From Desulfatiglandales bacterium (GTDB lineage: Bacteria > Desulfobacterota > DSM-4660 > Desulfatiglandales > B25-G16), in the NCBI GenBank assembly GCA_035527895.1, contig DATKZQ010000017.1, positions 3,588 through 67,587 on the forward strand: a stretch of 64,000 nt of DNA. Direction: 5' to 3'. Position 1 is the first letter of the stretch. The number at the start of each line of letters is the position of its first letter. Below the pieces are notes generated by a model. It searched no databases. It was not told the DNA's origin and saw only the letters and a list, made by a program, of their open reading frames with translations. A program made the position numbers and the translations under genes. Below, in pieces: positions 8,289 to 18,721 of this stretch.

Positions 8289-9590
8289 TCATTTGTAAAA
8301 GACCGATGGAAGCCACAGAGCCAGACCGGGGAAGAAAAATAACAGGGCCCAGACGAGGATGAGGGCGATCAGGAAAGGCGCGACACCCGCGTAGATCGTG
8401 CCCATGGGAATCTTGGTAATGTTTTTTACCACGAATACGCAGATTGCCACCGGTGGGATGACGACGCCGATCATAGCGACGACGCCGATGACGATCCCGA
8501 ACCACAGGGGAGGAAAACCGAGTTTGAGGACGGCTGGATAAAAAATGGGGGTGGCAAGAATCAGAAAGGTAAGATCATCAATGATCGAGCCCCCAAGCTC
8601 GAAAACAAGACAAATAAGAATCATGACTAGGTAGCGGTTGAGAGGTAGCGTTGCGATCCAGTCTGCCGTCACTTGGGGGATGTTGGTCACGGTGATGAAA
8701 TGGCCGAGTACAGTGGAACCTGCGATAAGCATGAGAACCATGATGGCGGTGCGAAGCGCCTCCTTTACTGACTTGAAGTAGTTCTTGAAGGTCATATCAC
8801 GCTTGAAGATCGCCAGAAGAAGCACGGCAAAGGTGCCAACCCCTCCTGCCTCCGTAGGAGTGAAATAGCCTTGCATGATCCCGCCGACAACCAAGATGAA
8901 GACGACCAGAACCCAAAACACCTCGGGGATAGTACGTATCCTTGCTTTCCATGTGGATCGTTCGGACTTGGGCGCAATCGCAGGATTGATTCTTGCCCAT
9001 CCGTAAATGACGGCAATGAACAAGAACGCAATGATCAGTCCCGGGATGATGCCGGCGAGAAAGAGCTGCCCGATGGACTGCTCTGTGAGAATACCCAATA
9101 TGATAAGCGTGACGCTCGGCGGTATGATGACGCCGAGGGTCCCAACGGTTGCAACGATCCCTGAAGAGAGTTTTCTGTCGTACCCATACCGATCCATCTC
9201 CGGGATAGCGACGCCAGCAAAGGTTGCTGAGGTGGCTGCGGATGAGCCGCAGATGGCTTTGAAAGCGGTTGCACCGATGACCGTTGCAGTCGCCAGACCG
9301 CCGGGAATATGGCCGACGAATTTGTGGGCCGCATCATAGAGGCGTGTCGCGATGCCGGCATTGAAGCCAATCTGCCCCATCAAAATGAAAAGCGGAAAGA
9401 CCGTATACCCGTAATTGGTCATGACATCAAACATATCTCTTGAAAGGAGGTTGATCGCAGCATGGAAGCCGTTCAGGTAGGCAAAACCTGCAAAGCCTAT
9501 AAGCGCCATGGCAAAGCCCAGCTCGATGCCGGTCGAGAAAAGAAGGAGTAGCACAATGAGGGCGACAATGCCTACAGTGATCTCAGTCAT
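8289..9590 (-). CDS. dctM: TRAP transporter large permease (DctM family)
   Basis: A 433-aa polytopic protein, paralogous to 2811..4124, that overlaps the upstream dctQ by 8 nt. Confidence 0.9.
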   Translation of the reverse strand: MTEITVGIVALIVLLLLFSTGIELGFAMALIGFAGFAYLNGFHAAINLLSRDMFDVMTNYGYTVFPLFILMGQIGFNAGIATRLYDAAHKFVGHIPGGLATATVIGATAFKAICGSSAATSATFAGVAIPEMDRYGYDRKLSSGIVATVGTLGVIIPPSVTLIILGILTEQSIGQLFLAGIIPGLIIAFLFIAVIYGWARINPAIAPKSERSTWKARIRTIPEVFWVLVVFILVVGGIMQGYFTPTEAGGVGTFAVLLLAIFKRDMTFKNYFKSVKEALRTAIMVLMLIAGSTVLGHFITVTNIPQVTADWIATLPLNRYLVMILICLVFELGGSIIDDLTFLILATPIFYPAVLKLGFPPLWFGIVIGVVAMIGVVIPPVAICVFVVKNITKIPMGTIYAGVAPFLIALILVWALLFFFPGLALWLPSVFYK

Positions 9591-10065
9591 ATTGACCCCT
9601 CCAGATTCTCACGATATCAAAGATGAACACGCAGCACTCAAGCAGGCAACAGACTGCCACGGCATAAGCGACCGGGTAGAAGGGGAGCTGGATGGTGGGT
9701 GAAACTTCCCCTGATGCACGAAACGCAGCCCCGACGCTGAAAAGGTTAACCCCTATGAACGCAAAGAGAATCAGGCACAGCACGCGAGTCATGCTGTTGA
9801 CCACGTTTTTTACCCTCTCGGAGAATTTCTGCAAAAGGAATTCCATGTATACATGCCCTCTGTCGAGGGAGACTTGTGGGATACCGAAGCCGATCACGAC
9901 CGCCATGAGTAGAGCCACGATTTCATAAGTCCCGATGATGGGATGACCACCCGCTCTTAAGAGCACATCGGCAACGGTCATAAGCATCATAACGGTGACT
10001 GATATACCCGCGATGATGTTTAGGAGTTTGCTGACGAATCGCAAGATCTTAAATTGGCTTGCCAT
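9583..10065 (-). CDS. dctQ: TRAP transporter small permease (DctQ family)
   Basis: A 160-aa protein with 4 TM segments, lying between dctP and dctM. Confidence 0.8.
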   Translation of the reverse strand: MASQFKILRFVSKLLNIIAGISVTVMMLMTVADVLLRAGGHPIIGTYEIVALLMAVVIGFGIPQVSLDRGHVYMEFLLQKFSERVKNVVNSMTRVLCLILFAFIGVNLFSVGAAFRASGEVSPTIQLPFYPVAYAVAVCCLLECCVFIFDIVRIWRGQYD

Positions 10066-10098
10066 CCTTTCTCCTGTTCAGGGCAGCAAAGTACGCGT

Positions 10099-10127
10099 GT
10101 AGGGAACGGTCTAAGACCGTTCCCTAC
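10099..10127 (-). promoter_or_regulatory. Intercistronic stem-loop between dctP and dctQ
   Basis: A perfect 13-bp stem, GTAGGGAACGGTC-TAA-GACCGTTCCCTAC. Confidence 0.5.
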
Positions 10128-10173
10128 AACGAATTTTGGGCTCTCCCATGCACTTTTCAAGGGACCCGCAAGA

Positions 10174-11241
10174 TTAGAACGCAGAGGGTATTCCCCTCTT
10201 CTTCTGCTCTTTGTGCCAGTAAGCGATGCGCTCTTTGATGTATTTGATCCAGCCATCAACCTCCGCTTCGCTGTGTCCTTTGGACGCCATCTGTTTTTTA
10301 TAACTTCCTACGACCGGTTCAACAGCCTTTTTCCATCTTTCAGCCTCCGCCTCGGAAAGATCGATCATCTGTCCACCCTTACTCGTGAACAAGTCCCTCC
10401 CCTCTATATCCATCGAATCCCACAGGCCCGCTTGCTTGTCTCTGGCTTCGGAGGCCACCTCGGTGATTATCTTCTGAATCTCTGGCGAGAGGGCATTCCA
10501 CTTCTTCTTGCTTATGACCCAATAGAAGGTGATCGCCGTTCCGATCTGCCAATCTGCCGTTACGTACTTTGACACCTCTGCGAACTTCCAGTACTTGAGC
10601 GTAGAAAGGTCTACGGTGACCCCCTCGATGACACCCCTTCTCAGGGAGTCGTAGACATCCGGCATTTGAAGGGGTACCGGAACGCCACCTAGCCCCTTGA
10701 TGATCTCGGCCATCTGTCCCACGGCCCTGATCTTGATCCCTTTTACGTCCTCCAGAGTCCTGACGGGTTTGCTGATCGTCTGAAGGATAATGGGTCCAGA
10801 AGGCGATAAGTAAAGAACGTGGACATCGTCCCATTCCTTTGGTTTGTACTTGTTAAAGAAATCAGTGGCCACCCGTGTGTCTACCCAGCCGCTCGTGAAC
10901 CCAAGAGGCAGATCGAAAACTTCCGTCACAGGAAAGCGCCCGCGGGTATATTGAATATGAGAGAGCCCCAGGTCTGCGATGCCCGTGAGCACGCCGTCAT
11001 ACATCTTGACCGGGTTAAGAAGTGTGCCTCCAGGGTAATACGTGATCTCAACCTGACCATTGGTACGCTTCTTTACCTCGTCACAAAACCACCCGCTGAG
11101 GACAGACATTGGGTGAGTGACTGGGAGGTAATTGGCCGCCTTCAATTTGACGACCTCGGCCGCGGAAACAAAGGAACCGGTTACGGAACCGAAAGCCACA
11201 ATAAGAAATAAGGTAGCAATAATTGTAATAGTTCTTCTCAT
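10174..11241 (-). CDS. dctP: TRAP transporter substrate-binding protein (DctP family)
   Basis: ATG 11241 is preceded by AAGGAGG. The signal peptide is MRRTITIIATLFLIVAFGSVTGSFVSA. DctP-like motifs are present (IKGIKIRAVG, VYDSLRRGVIEG). Confidence 0.85.
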   Translation of the reverse strand: MRRTITIIATLFLIVAFGSVTGSFVSAAEVVKLKAANYLPVTHPMSVLSGWFCDEVKKRTNGQVEITYYPGGTLLNPVKMYDGVLTGIADLGLSHIQYTRGRFPVTEVFDLPLGFTSGWVDTRVATDFFNKYKPKEWDDVHVLYLSPSGPIILQTISKPVRTLEDVKGIKIRAVGQMAEIIKGLGGVPVPLQMPDVYDSLRRGVIEGVTVDLSTLKYWKFAEVSKYVTADWQIGTAITFYWVISKKKWNALSPEIQKIITEVASEARDKQAGLWDSMDIEGRDLFTSKGGQMIDLSEAEAERWKKAVEPVVGSYKKQMASKGHSEAEVDGWIKYIKERIAYWHKEQKKRGIPSAF

Positions 11242-11435
11242 CTCAGGCCTCCTTTTAAGGGTTATAATTTTGTAAAACATCTTCACCCAGGTTATCGCTC
11301 TTTTCAATCGAAACCAGTTCTACCAACTGGTGCCCATATATACCTCGGAGCGCTATGCCAAGGGGCACAACTCATGGAAGCATTTTGGCTGCCATGTTTG
11401 GTATTGTCAAGTTCTTTTGTGTAAATTTTTTATAG

Positions 11436-11591
11436 GCTGCACTCCTTGGGCGCGACAAATGCTCTTTTGTGCATCTGATGTTCCAATGGGCCGGAGTCAG
11501 ACTCCATCCCGAGGATAGGCGGAGCATGAGTGACGCATCGAGGGGGAATGGAGAACCCCGCAAAGTTATAATCTTATGTCCCCGATTTACC
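11436..11591 (-). repeat. Duplicated promoter-region module, copy B
   Basis: It aligns with 7033..7186 and lies ~230 nt upstream of dctP. Confidence 0.8.
11470..11485 (-). promoter_or_regulatory. Sigma-54 (-24/-12) promoter candidate for the dctPQM operon
   Basis: The minus strand reads TGGAACATCAGATGCA, with GG and GC at consensus spacing. It is homologous to the copy A element. Confidence 0.5.
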
Positions 11592-11743
11592 GAAACCTTG
11601 AATAAAAGGTTAGCTCAAAGTGTCAAAACCAACTTCACCATCCGGCGAGCTTGGGCCGTCCGCTTGAACCGCTTAGCCTGCGGTTCACGTGCGAAAACCT
11701 TGGCGTCGAGCAGCTTGAGTATGTACCCAAATGCCGTCATCAC

Positions 11744-12258
<515 letters not shown>

Positions 12259-13240
12259 TGCGCTCACTATTCTGGCGAGCACTACCCGCTCGCCCTCGAA
12301 GATATTTATCTGGCGACCACGAGGCTTGAGATAGCGCGTTCGGAAGTCCGGCGCCCATACCTCTTCAACAAGTTCGAGACCTCTTTGGGTAAGATACTCA
12401 GCCAACCCAGACGGAGCAAGGCCGAATATCCAGGGCGTTCCGCCTCGATGGGCGGAAGAGACGAGCTTCTGATCTGCTTTAGAGCGGGCAGTCCCGTCAA
12501 TAATACCTTGATGGATGTAGGTGAATACGATCTCGCTTCCTCCTGCCGCAGCGCCGCACATGTATCTGAACGTCCTATCCACTGCTTCTGCAGCAAGGTA
12601 TTGGGTAACACCCTCCCAAATGAAAAACGACTTGAGACCCTTACGAAATCCTGCCGCTGTCATTACGTCTTCGATATCCTGGCGGTCAAAGTCAATGGGA
12701 ACGAAGCTGACGTGTGCGGGCAATTTGCCGACCACCTTCTCCACGAATGTTTGCTTCAAGCGCTGCGTCGAAGGCAGGTCTAATTCAAAGACGTGAACCC
12801 GCTCGATATTGGTGATACGATAAGCACGGGCATCAAATCCCGCCCCCAGAATCACGACCTGTGCAATTCCTGCCCCCAACGCATCACAAAGCATATCGTC
12901 AATATAACGCGTCCGGCAATACAGGCTCCCAACAAAGCCGGGGCCAACCTGTTCCGTTAGGGCAACTAGAGCGTGGCGAAGACCTGGAAGCAGGAAGACT
13001 TTCCACAAGCCTGGCATAAGACCGCGACTGAAACGATCATTGAAAAGACGCTCCTGTTCGGGATGGTATGATTCAACGGCTCTGAGAAACGCCAACCTCA
13101 GAGCAGGCACCTTGGCGATTGCACTGCCTTCTTTCATTACTGTCTCTCCTTCAAAGAGCATCAAAGGGACACTGCCTAACGCCGTGGCTAAGCGGCTGCC
13201 AAAGGAGCGCAGCGGATTTTCAGTCCGACTTGAGCTGCTT

Positions 13241-13583
13241 GTGTACGCCCGGCATGGGCGTGAACCTTTCGGCCCTGAGCCTCTCGGCCATGAGCTCGAG
13301 GCCGAATAGCTTTTTGGGTGTAAGTCCCCTGTATGTGAGCTCTGTTAGTGTAAATATACACTGACACAAATACGAGCCGAATACAAGTCGAAGATCCCGA
13401 GCTGGTCGGGAGAGCGGAACCGCGAGGGACCATCTGAAGCTTGCCTGCCTCACGCAGGGAAGGGAAGTCAGGGTGCAAAGTTACTGCGGGAGGTGACGCA
13501 GGTTTTAAAGCAACTTATGAACACAACTCTTTTGCTGTTTAAGCTTTTTGGCAAGTTGTTTCAGAACAAAAGTCCCGTTTTAC
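13241..13583 (+). repeat. Structured ~350-bp repeat, full copy 2
   Basis: It starts at GTGTACGCCC like copy 1 and carries a ~15-nt internal deletion relative to copy 1. Confidence 0.7.
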
Positions 13584-13720
13584 CGTCCCTCTCACCGACC
13601 GTTAAATTATTTTGGTCAGCGTTAAAATCCCTTGACTCAAGGGTTGACGATGGGAATATTGTAAGTTGAGGTGCAATGATACAGAAGACCAGTACTTAAC
13701 AATTGAAGAGGAGGGTGGAG

Positions 13721-14155
13721 ATGTTTGAGAAAATACTTTATCCAACGGACTTTTCAGATGTGTCGAAAAAGGCCTTGGGATTCATCAAGCAGCTGAAGGG
13801 GGCTGGGACAAAAGAGGTTCTAGTATTGCACGTTATTGATGACAGGGAAACTGAACGACTGAGGCATATTCCGCAAATAAATGCTGAGGAGATAGAGAAG
13901 ATACACGAAGAAAATGTCCACAAAGAAATCAAGGCTATAGCCGACGAGTTGAAGAAGAGTGGTTTGGAGGTTAAGACACGGATCGATAGAGGCATTCCCT
14001 TCAGGGAGATCTTAAAGGTTGAGAAAGAGGAGGGCATCTCCGCCGTAGTTATCGGATCTCACGGCAAGACCTGCATTAGCGAAATGCTCCTTGGCTCTTG
14101 TTCAGAAAAGGTGATTAGAAAATCCACCAAGCCGGTTCTGGTTGTAAGGAGATAG
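13721..14155 (+). CDS. Universal stress protein (UspA family)
   Basis: MFEKILYPTDFSDVSKKAL...VIGSHGKT...LGSCSEKVIRKSTKPVLVV, with a GAGGAGGGTGGAG RBS. Confidence 0.85.
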   Translation: MFEKILYPTDFSDVSKKALGFIKQLKGAGTKEVLVLHVIDDRETERLRHIPQINAEEIEKIHEENVHKEIKAIADELKKSGLEVKTRIDRGIPFREILKVEKEEGISAVVIGSHGKTCISEMLLGSCSEKVIRKSTKPVLVVRR

Positions 14156-14251
14156 CAGGCGCAGTTACAGACCGAGGTGGGAGGGCAGAACAATGGGGAC
14201 ACCATACCTATTCCTGCTCACTCTTTGGTTTTCTACCCGCCTTTTTCGGTT

Positions 14252-14382
14252 TCAAAATGCGACCATCAGGTCTAAGTATGCCTGATAATCCTCATCGCTG
14301 AAGAAGGTTTCCTGCCGACGATTTCCACGTTGGGTTATGTGTTGGGAAAACCCGGAGCCACTACTCGCGCAATTCTTACCAT
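14252..14382 (-). pseudogene. N-terminal remnant of an IS200/IS605-type Y1 (RayT-like) transposase, frameshifted and truncated
   Basis: MVRIARVVAPGFP is followed, after a frameshift, by QHITQRGNRRQETFFSDEDYQAYLDLMVAF*. The remnant is flanked by the 13-bp inverted repeat GGGACACCATACC (14196-14208 / 14424-14436). Confidence 0.5.
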
Positions 14383-14463
14383 GAAATAGAATCATACGTG
14401 TACTGTTACTATGTCAAGAAATGGGTATGGTGTCCCTGGATTTCATTCTCTTTGCCCGAACTC

Positions 14464-14628
14464 CTAGCGGGTAAGCATGTATGCTAGCCATATGCCGAGT
14501 ATTCCACCAGCAACACTTCCAAGCAATGAGGTCAGAGAAAATGCATCAGCTCCCAGTAGAATGGGCATATACCCGCCTGCAAAGGAGCCGATAATCATTC
14601 CAAGCATAATTATTGATTTTCGAGACAT
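14464..14628 (-). CDS. GlsB/YeaQ/YmgE family small membrane protein
   Basis: The 54-aa product MSRKSIIMLGMIIGSFAGGYMPILLGADAFSLTSLLGSVAGGILGIWLAYMLTR. The longer track ORF runs into the IS element. Confidence 0.55.
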   Translation of the reverse strand: MSRKSIIMLGMIIGSFAGGYMPILLGADAFSLTSLLGSVAGGILGIWLAYMLTR

Positions 14629-14647
14629 AGTAGTTAGCAAAATAAAT

Positions 14648-16000
14648 GGTAGTGTAAAATATATTGTGTAAATTCTGAGAGGGTAGAAAAAAGGGCGCTT
14701 TTCCTTTAAAAGGGTTTTAAGCAATAACCTATAAAGAAAGGAGAAGCACCCATGAAAGTAGAAATTAGCGTACCAGAAATAGTAGCAATTTTCAAGGAAA
14801 TTCAAGAGCAACCTGAGAGAATTTTCGAGATGATCCGGGTAGAGATCAGAGAGAACGTTGGTGAATATCTGTCCAAGTTGATGGATATGGAGCGTACCCA
14901 ATTTCTTGAGCGGGAATGGTATGAACATGGTCAGGGAGAGGTGAATCATCGCAATGGTTCCTATCCTCGTAACTTCACATTAAAAGGTATTGGAGAGGTA
15001 AAGGTTGAGGTGCCAAGGGATCGGAAGGGTGAGTTTACAACCCAGGTCATTCCCCGAAGTAAACGGTATGAGAATGAGCTTCGGCAAGATTTGAGTGTTA
15101 TGTTTTTAACCGGTGTGAGCACACGGACCCTATCGATGATTTCTACAAGACTGATAGGCTCTAAGATATCTCCAACGGAGATAAGTAACGCCAATAAAGA
15201 GTTGATAGATGCGGTGGAGAAATGGAGGACCCGTGATCTATCCGGGGAAACGATCAAATACATATTTTTGGACGGTGTTAACTTTGATATGCGCATAGAT
15301 GGGAGCATAGAGAAGGTGCCCGTGCTGGTGGCTATTGGAGTTACAGAAACAGGGCAAAAACTGGTGTTAGGTTTCCAGGCAGGGGATAAGGAATCCGCTC
15401 CCACCTGGCGGGAGTTTTTCAAGGATCTGAAGGGAAGAGGTTTGGATGGCAGCACCATGGTCTTGGGTGTGATGGATGGATTGCCGGGACTTGAGAAGGT
15501 GTTTAAGGAAGAATTCCCAAAAGCCAAAGTCCAGAGATGCCAGGTCCATGTGGCAAGAAATGTCCTGGCCAAGGTTCCTAAGAAGTTGAAAAAGGCTGTG
15601 GCCGATGATATGCGGTCCATTTTCTATGCCTCTTCAAAATCGAAAGCTATGGAGTTCTTTGACATTTTCAAAGACAGATGGCAGCGAGATCTTCCCTCTG
15701 CCGTTAAATGCCTGGAGAACTCTTTAGAAGCGTGTCTCACATTTTTTATCTGTCCAGAGGAAGAGTGGATCTCTTTAAGGACCACGAACATTATCGAACG
15801 TCTCAACAAGGAATTTAAACGCAGAACAAAGCCTATGGAGATTGTAGCTGGGGAGAATGCCTGCTATACCCTCCTGGCTTTTATCTGCTTAAAGATGGAA
15901 TTACATTGGAAGTCAAACCCTATAGGAAAAGTGCGTAAGAACCTTCCCTTCCTCAAAGAATTGGAAGATAAAAAATTCACACAAAAAATTTGACAGTACC
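14648..16000 (+). mobile_element. IS256-family insertion sequence (1353 bp)
   Basis: The terminal inverted repeats GGTAGTGTAAAATATATTGTGTAAATT and GGTACTGTCAAATTTTTTGTGTGAATT (reverse complement of the right end) match at 22/27 positions. They bracket a single transposase gene. Confidence 0.85.
14752..15993 (+). CDS. IS256 family (Mutator-type) transposase
   Basis: A 413-aa protein containing GSYPRNFTLKGIGEVKVEVPRDRKGEF, IFLDGV, VQRCQVHVARNV and TTNIIERLNKEFKRRTK. Confidence 0.9.
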   Translation: MKVEISVPEIVAIFKEIQEQPERIFEMIRVEIRENVGEYLSKLMDMERTQFLEREWYEHGQGEVNHRNGSYPRNFTLKGIGEVKVEVPRDRKGEFTTQVIPRSKRYENELRQDLSVMFLTGVSTRTLSMISTRLIGSKISPTEISNANKELIDAVEKWRTRDLSGETIKYIFLDGVNFDMRIDGSIEKVPVLVAIGVTETGQKLVLGFQAGDKESAPTWREFFKDLKGRGLDGSTMVLGVMDGLPGLEKVFKEEFPKAKVQRCQVHVARNVLAKVPKKLKKAVADDMRSIFYASSKSKAMEFFDIFKDRWQRDLPSAVKCLENSLEACLTFFICPEEEWISLRTTNIIERLNKEFKRRTKPMEIVAGENACYTLLAFICLKMELHWKSNPIGKVRKNLPFLKELEDKKFTQKI

Positions 16001-16669
16001 CACAAACTGATACACTGGCTCATTGCTTGCGGCCTTGTCTTGCCATTTCGCTTCAAGAATATAGTGCTCCCCATCGTATTTTACGGCACCGTCGATCTGC
16101 TCGCCGTTTACCCGAAAGGCATCGGTGACTTCCAAACCGGACAGCTTCGCGAGGTTAGCAAGAATGGATTCAAGCGAATATCCACGTCTTTGAGGTGCGG
16201 TCTTCCCGGCGTGCAAGTCGAGGAACTCTTTTAACAGCTCCCCAGTTGAGATGTCGGGTTGACGCAGCACAACCTCAGCAGCATTTCTTTTCTCACGCTC
16301 GGCCTTGATCTTCCCGTCTCTTATCTCCTGCAGCTGTCTCAAGTGGTCAAGGCAGGTCTGTGCCTTTCCCCGGTCCAGCTTTCGGAGCTTGTCAAAGTAA
16401 TACGGGTCAAAATGCGACCAATTCAGCAAAGACTGAAGCATGGCCCGAAATTGGCCCAACCCGCCTGTAGCCTTTGAGGATAGATGAACGAACATGAGGT
16501 CCACCATCCTGGACCGGCTGAGGTTTTCCTCCTTGAACTGAACTATGACCTTGAGGTCGTCTTTGGTGCAGTCATGGTCTGCAAAGAAGTCATAGATGAC
16601 TTGCTTTGGCCACATTACTGCCAAAATGCAGTCCTTCATGCATCCCTTGATGTCAGCTGGAAACTTCAT
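16001..16669 (-). pseudogene. Cassette 5: PD-(D/E)xK (Mrr-type) nuclease-domain protein, 3' end replaced by the IS256 insertion
   Basis: ...RGYSLESILANLAKLSGLEVTDAFRVNGEQIDGAVKYDGEHYILEAKWQDK... carries a D...E-x-K motif. The last 7 codons (GTVKFFV*) are IS sequence. Confidence 0.6.
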
Positions 16670-16693
16670 CTGATCTCAACCATTTTTCTTGCC

Positions 16694-16754
16694 TGCCAAC
16701 GCCGCTCTTCAGCGGGCGCGGCTTTTTGCGATCCGCTGAAAAAGCATGTTAGCA
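16694..16754 (-). other. attC site of cassette 4
   Basis: The minus strand reads TGCTAAC-(imperfect palindrome CTTTTTCAGCGG..CCGCTGAAGAG)-GTTGGCA. It starts 5 nt after the ORF stop. Confidence 0.65.
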
Positions 16755-16758
16755 GATT

Positions 16759-17376
16759 CTATGTTTTTCCCTTTGCCAGTTTAGTACGCAATTTTTCATG
16801 TTGGCATTTAAGATCCTCATATAATGGATATAAGGACTGCTCTGAATGATCTAAGGCTCTAATTATCTCTCCTGGCAAGGACCCTGCGAGAAACCGATCC
16901 CATATATTTACGAACTCAATTAACGCTGGATAATGCTTTGCTGTGGAGGGTTCGGCAAGATGAATATTTTTTCTAAATATTTCTATCATCTTATGATATG
17001 CGGGGATCGTTTCAGTTTCGAGATATTCGTTATCGTAATCAATGATTTTATCAAACTTTTCACCCTTTTGTTGAGTTAGCTTTTGGAGTTCTGTGGGATT
17101 ACCTTCATACCTCTCACACATCTCATGCCAGACTTTTCCAGCGGTACTACCTATTTTTACACGTACTTTTCCAATTGTTTCGATTTCTTTTCTCAAAGAA
17201 AGAAGTGGGGAATAAAAATCAGTGAGCTGTTCGGATAGGAATTTATGACGACGCCCGATTTTCTCTCTTCTGGAAGTCAGTAAGGCACCGACAGCAACAC
17301 CGCAAAGCCCCGCAATGGCAGGGACTGTAATGGAGATGCCCCACTGCAATAAACTCACGGAATTAGGTTCAGCCAT
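16759..17376 (-). CDS. Cassette 4: hypothetical protein with an N-terminal TM anchor
   Basis: A 205-aa protein with one hydrophobic segment (ISITVPAIAGLCGVAVGALL) and a helical rest. No family was recognised. Confidence 0.5.
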   Translation of the reverse strand: MAEPNSVSLLQWGISITVPAIAGLCGVAVGALLTSRREKIGRRHKFLSEQLTDFYSPLLSLRKEIETIGKVRVKIGSTAGKVWHEMCERYEGNPTELQKLTQQKGEKFDKIIDYDNEYLETETIPAYHKMIEIFRKNIHLAEPSTAKHYPALIEFVNIWDRFLAGSLPGEIIRALDHSEQSLYPLYEDLKCQHEKLRTKLAKGKT

Positions 17377-17395
17377 AGGGCTTTTCTCCCGCTTA

Positions 17396-17455
17396 TGCTA
17401 ACGTTGCTAATCAGCCGCGCGGCTTTTTGCGTCGGCTGCATTAGCCTTGTTAGGC
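17396..17455 (-). other. attC site of cassette 3
   Basis: The minus strand reads GCCTAAC-(GCTAATGCAGCCG..CGGCTGATTAGC, with one unpaired G)-GTTAGCA. The central part is similar to the cassette 4 attC. Confidence 0.7.
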
Positions 17456-17496
17456 GATTCAAATTAAAAGGGCATCTAAGATTTCAATCCTCTAAT

Positions 17497-18645
17497 CTAA
17501 TCAAATACCCAATTAACAAGTCTATCCTTATTTACTGTGAATACACCGCCTTCATAATATAGTGTCTTTGCATAATTTCTGATAAGTTCTTGTTGTTTCA
17601 GGGTAAGATTTAACCACCATTTTTCTGCAAAGTAAGTGTTCTCACAATTTACAAAACAGTACTGAACAAAGATATCACCTTTCTCTTCATTTGGTAATTT
17701 ATCGAAACTATCTACCACATTACTTGGGTCTTGTTCGTCTTTTAACCATACAAAAATAATTGCTCCTCCATCTTCTGTATTCATAACCGAATGCGAAAGC
17801 ATTTCTGCATCCATATTTAGATCCCACATATCGAGAAGCTTATTTCCAGCAAAATCGAATTCACATTGAAAAACGCTTGAACTTACAACATCTATATCTC
17901 CTTGAAAGAAAAAACATTTGCTTTCAAATGTATCAATTTTTCTTTGAATAATGGCCGATTCGAATTTTTCCCTCAAACTATCGTTTTCTTCCAAAGATTT
18001 TTTTTGGCCCTCGATACTTTTAGTTATAGAAAGCTGCACATTTATTTGGCGATCAAGATCAAAACCTCTATCAATGACGGTGCGTTGAAATTCTAGAGAT
18101 TCGATAAGCGCCTGTTTTCTATATAATTCATTACAGACATTTCGAAACGCATGTAAAACACAATGCCAATGTTCTCCTGAAAATTCTCCTTTTTCTATTG
18201 GGGCGAACAAGCTAGTGTCGTGTCCTGAACAATAACCTGGAAAAATTGAAGCCTTCCTCCAACCAATCCTTGATGCCTTTACTTCGCCATTATTTGGATC
18301 GGGCTCAAAATTCATTAAATGGCCAGTATCATCTATTAGTTGTTTTAAGGGTCCTTTCCGCTGAATTGTGTGTGAATCTATTACCTTTCCGCTACAAGAG
18401 CTTGTTGAAGCTAATGGATGCATGCAGCCACGCTTACGCCAAAAAACTTTTCGTTGGAGATTTTGAAGTTGACCTAGCGTATAGGGTTTTTCTTGTTCCC
18501 TTAATCTATGGCATTTTTTATATTTTCTTCCAGAACCACACCAACAAGGTTCGTAATGCTTTCTATCTCTAAGAGCATTTGCGACGAATGGATGATTATC
18601 TTCAACTTCTCTTACTTTAAATGGATGTGGTGGTAGTTTTATCAT
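17497..18645 (-). CDS. Cassette 3: SEC-C motif-containing protein of unknown function
   Basis: An N-terminal CWCGSGRKYKKCH (SEC-C metal-binding motif) is followed by CSGKVIDSHTIQ and GYCSGHDTSLF. The gene is visibly AT-rich. Confidence 0.6.
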   Translation of the reverse strand: MIKLPPHPFKVREVEDNHPFVANALRDRKHYEPCWCGSGRKYKKCHRLREQEKPYTLGQLQNLQRKVFWRKRGCMHPLASTSSCSGKVIDSHTIQRKGPLKQLIDDTGHLMNFEPDPNNGEVKASRIGWRKASIFPGYCSGHDTSLFAPIEKGEFSGEHWHCVLHAFRNVCNELYRKQALIESLEFQRTVIDRGFDLDRQINVQLSITKSIEGQKKSLEENDSLREKFESAIIQRKIDTFESKCFFFQGDIDVVSSSVFQCEFDFAGNKLLDMWDLNMDAEMLSHSVMNTEDGGAIIFVWLKDEQDPSNVVDSFDKLPNEEKGDIFVQYCFVNCENTYFAEKWWLNLTLKQQELIRNYAKTLYYEGGVFTVNKDRLVNWVFD

Positions 18646-18721
18646 TCTTCCTAAATTTAGAGTGCTATTTTTTCCTACGTTATCGGCTCAAGGAACCCCT
18701 ATATAGCAATCTAATCATTAC

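Noticed and set aside
8792-9370. Several 67-111-aa ORFs on both strands inside dctM, with similar ORFs inside alaS, nifS, recA and others.
   Set aside because: They are embedded in or antisense to long, well-supported genes. These are typical GC-rich shadow ORFs.
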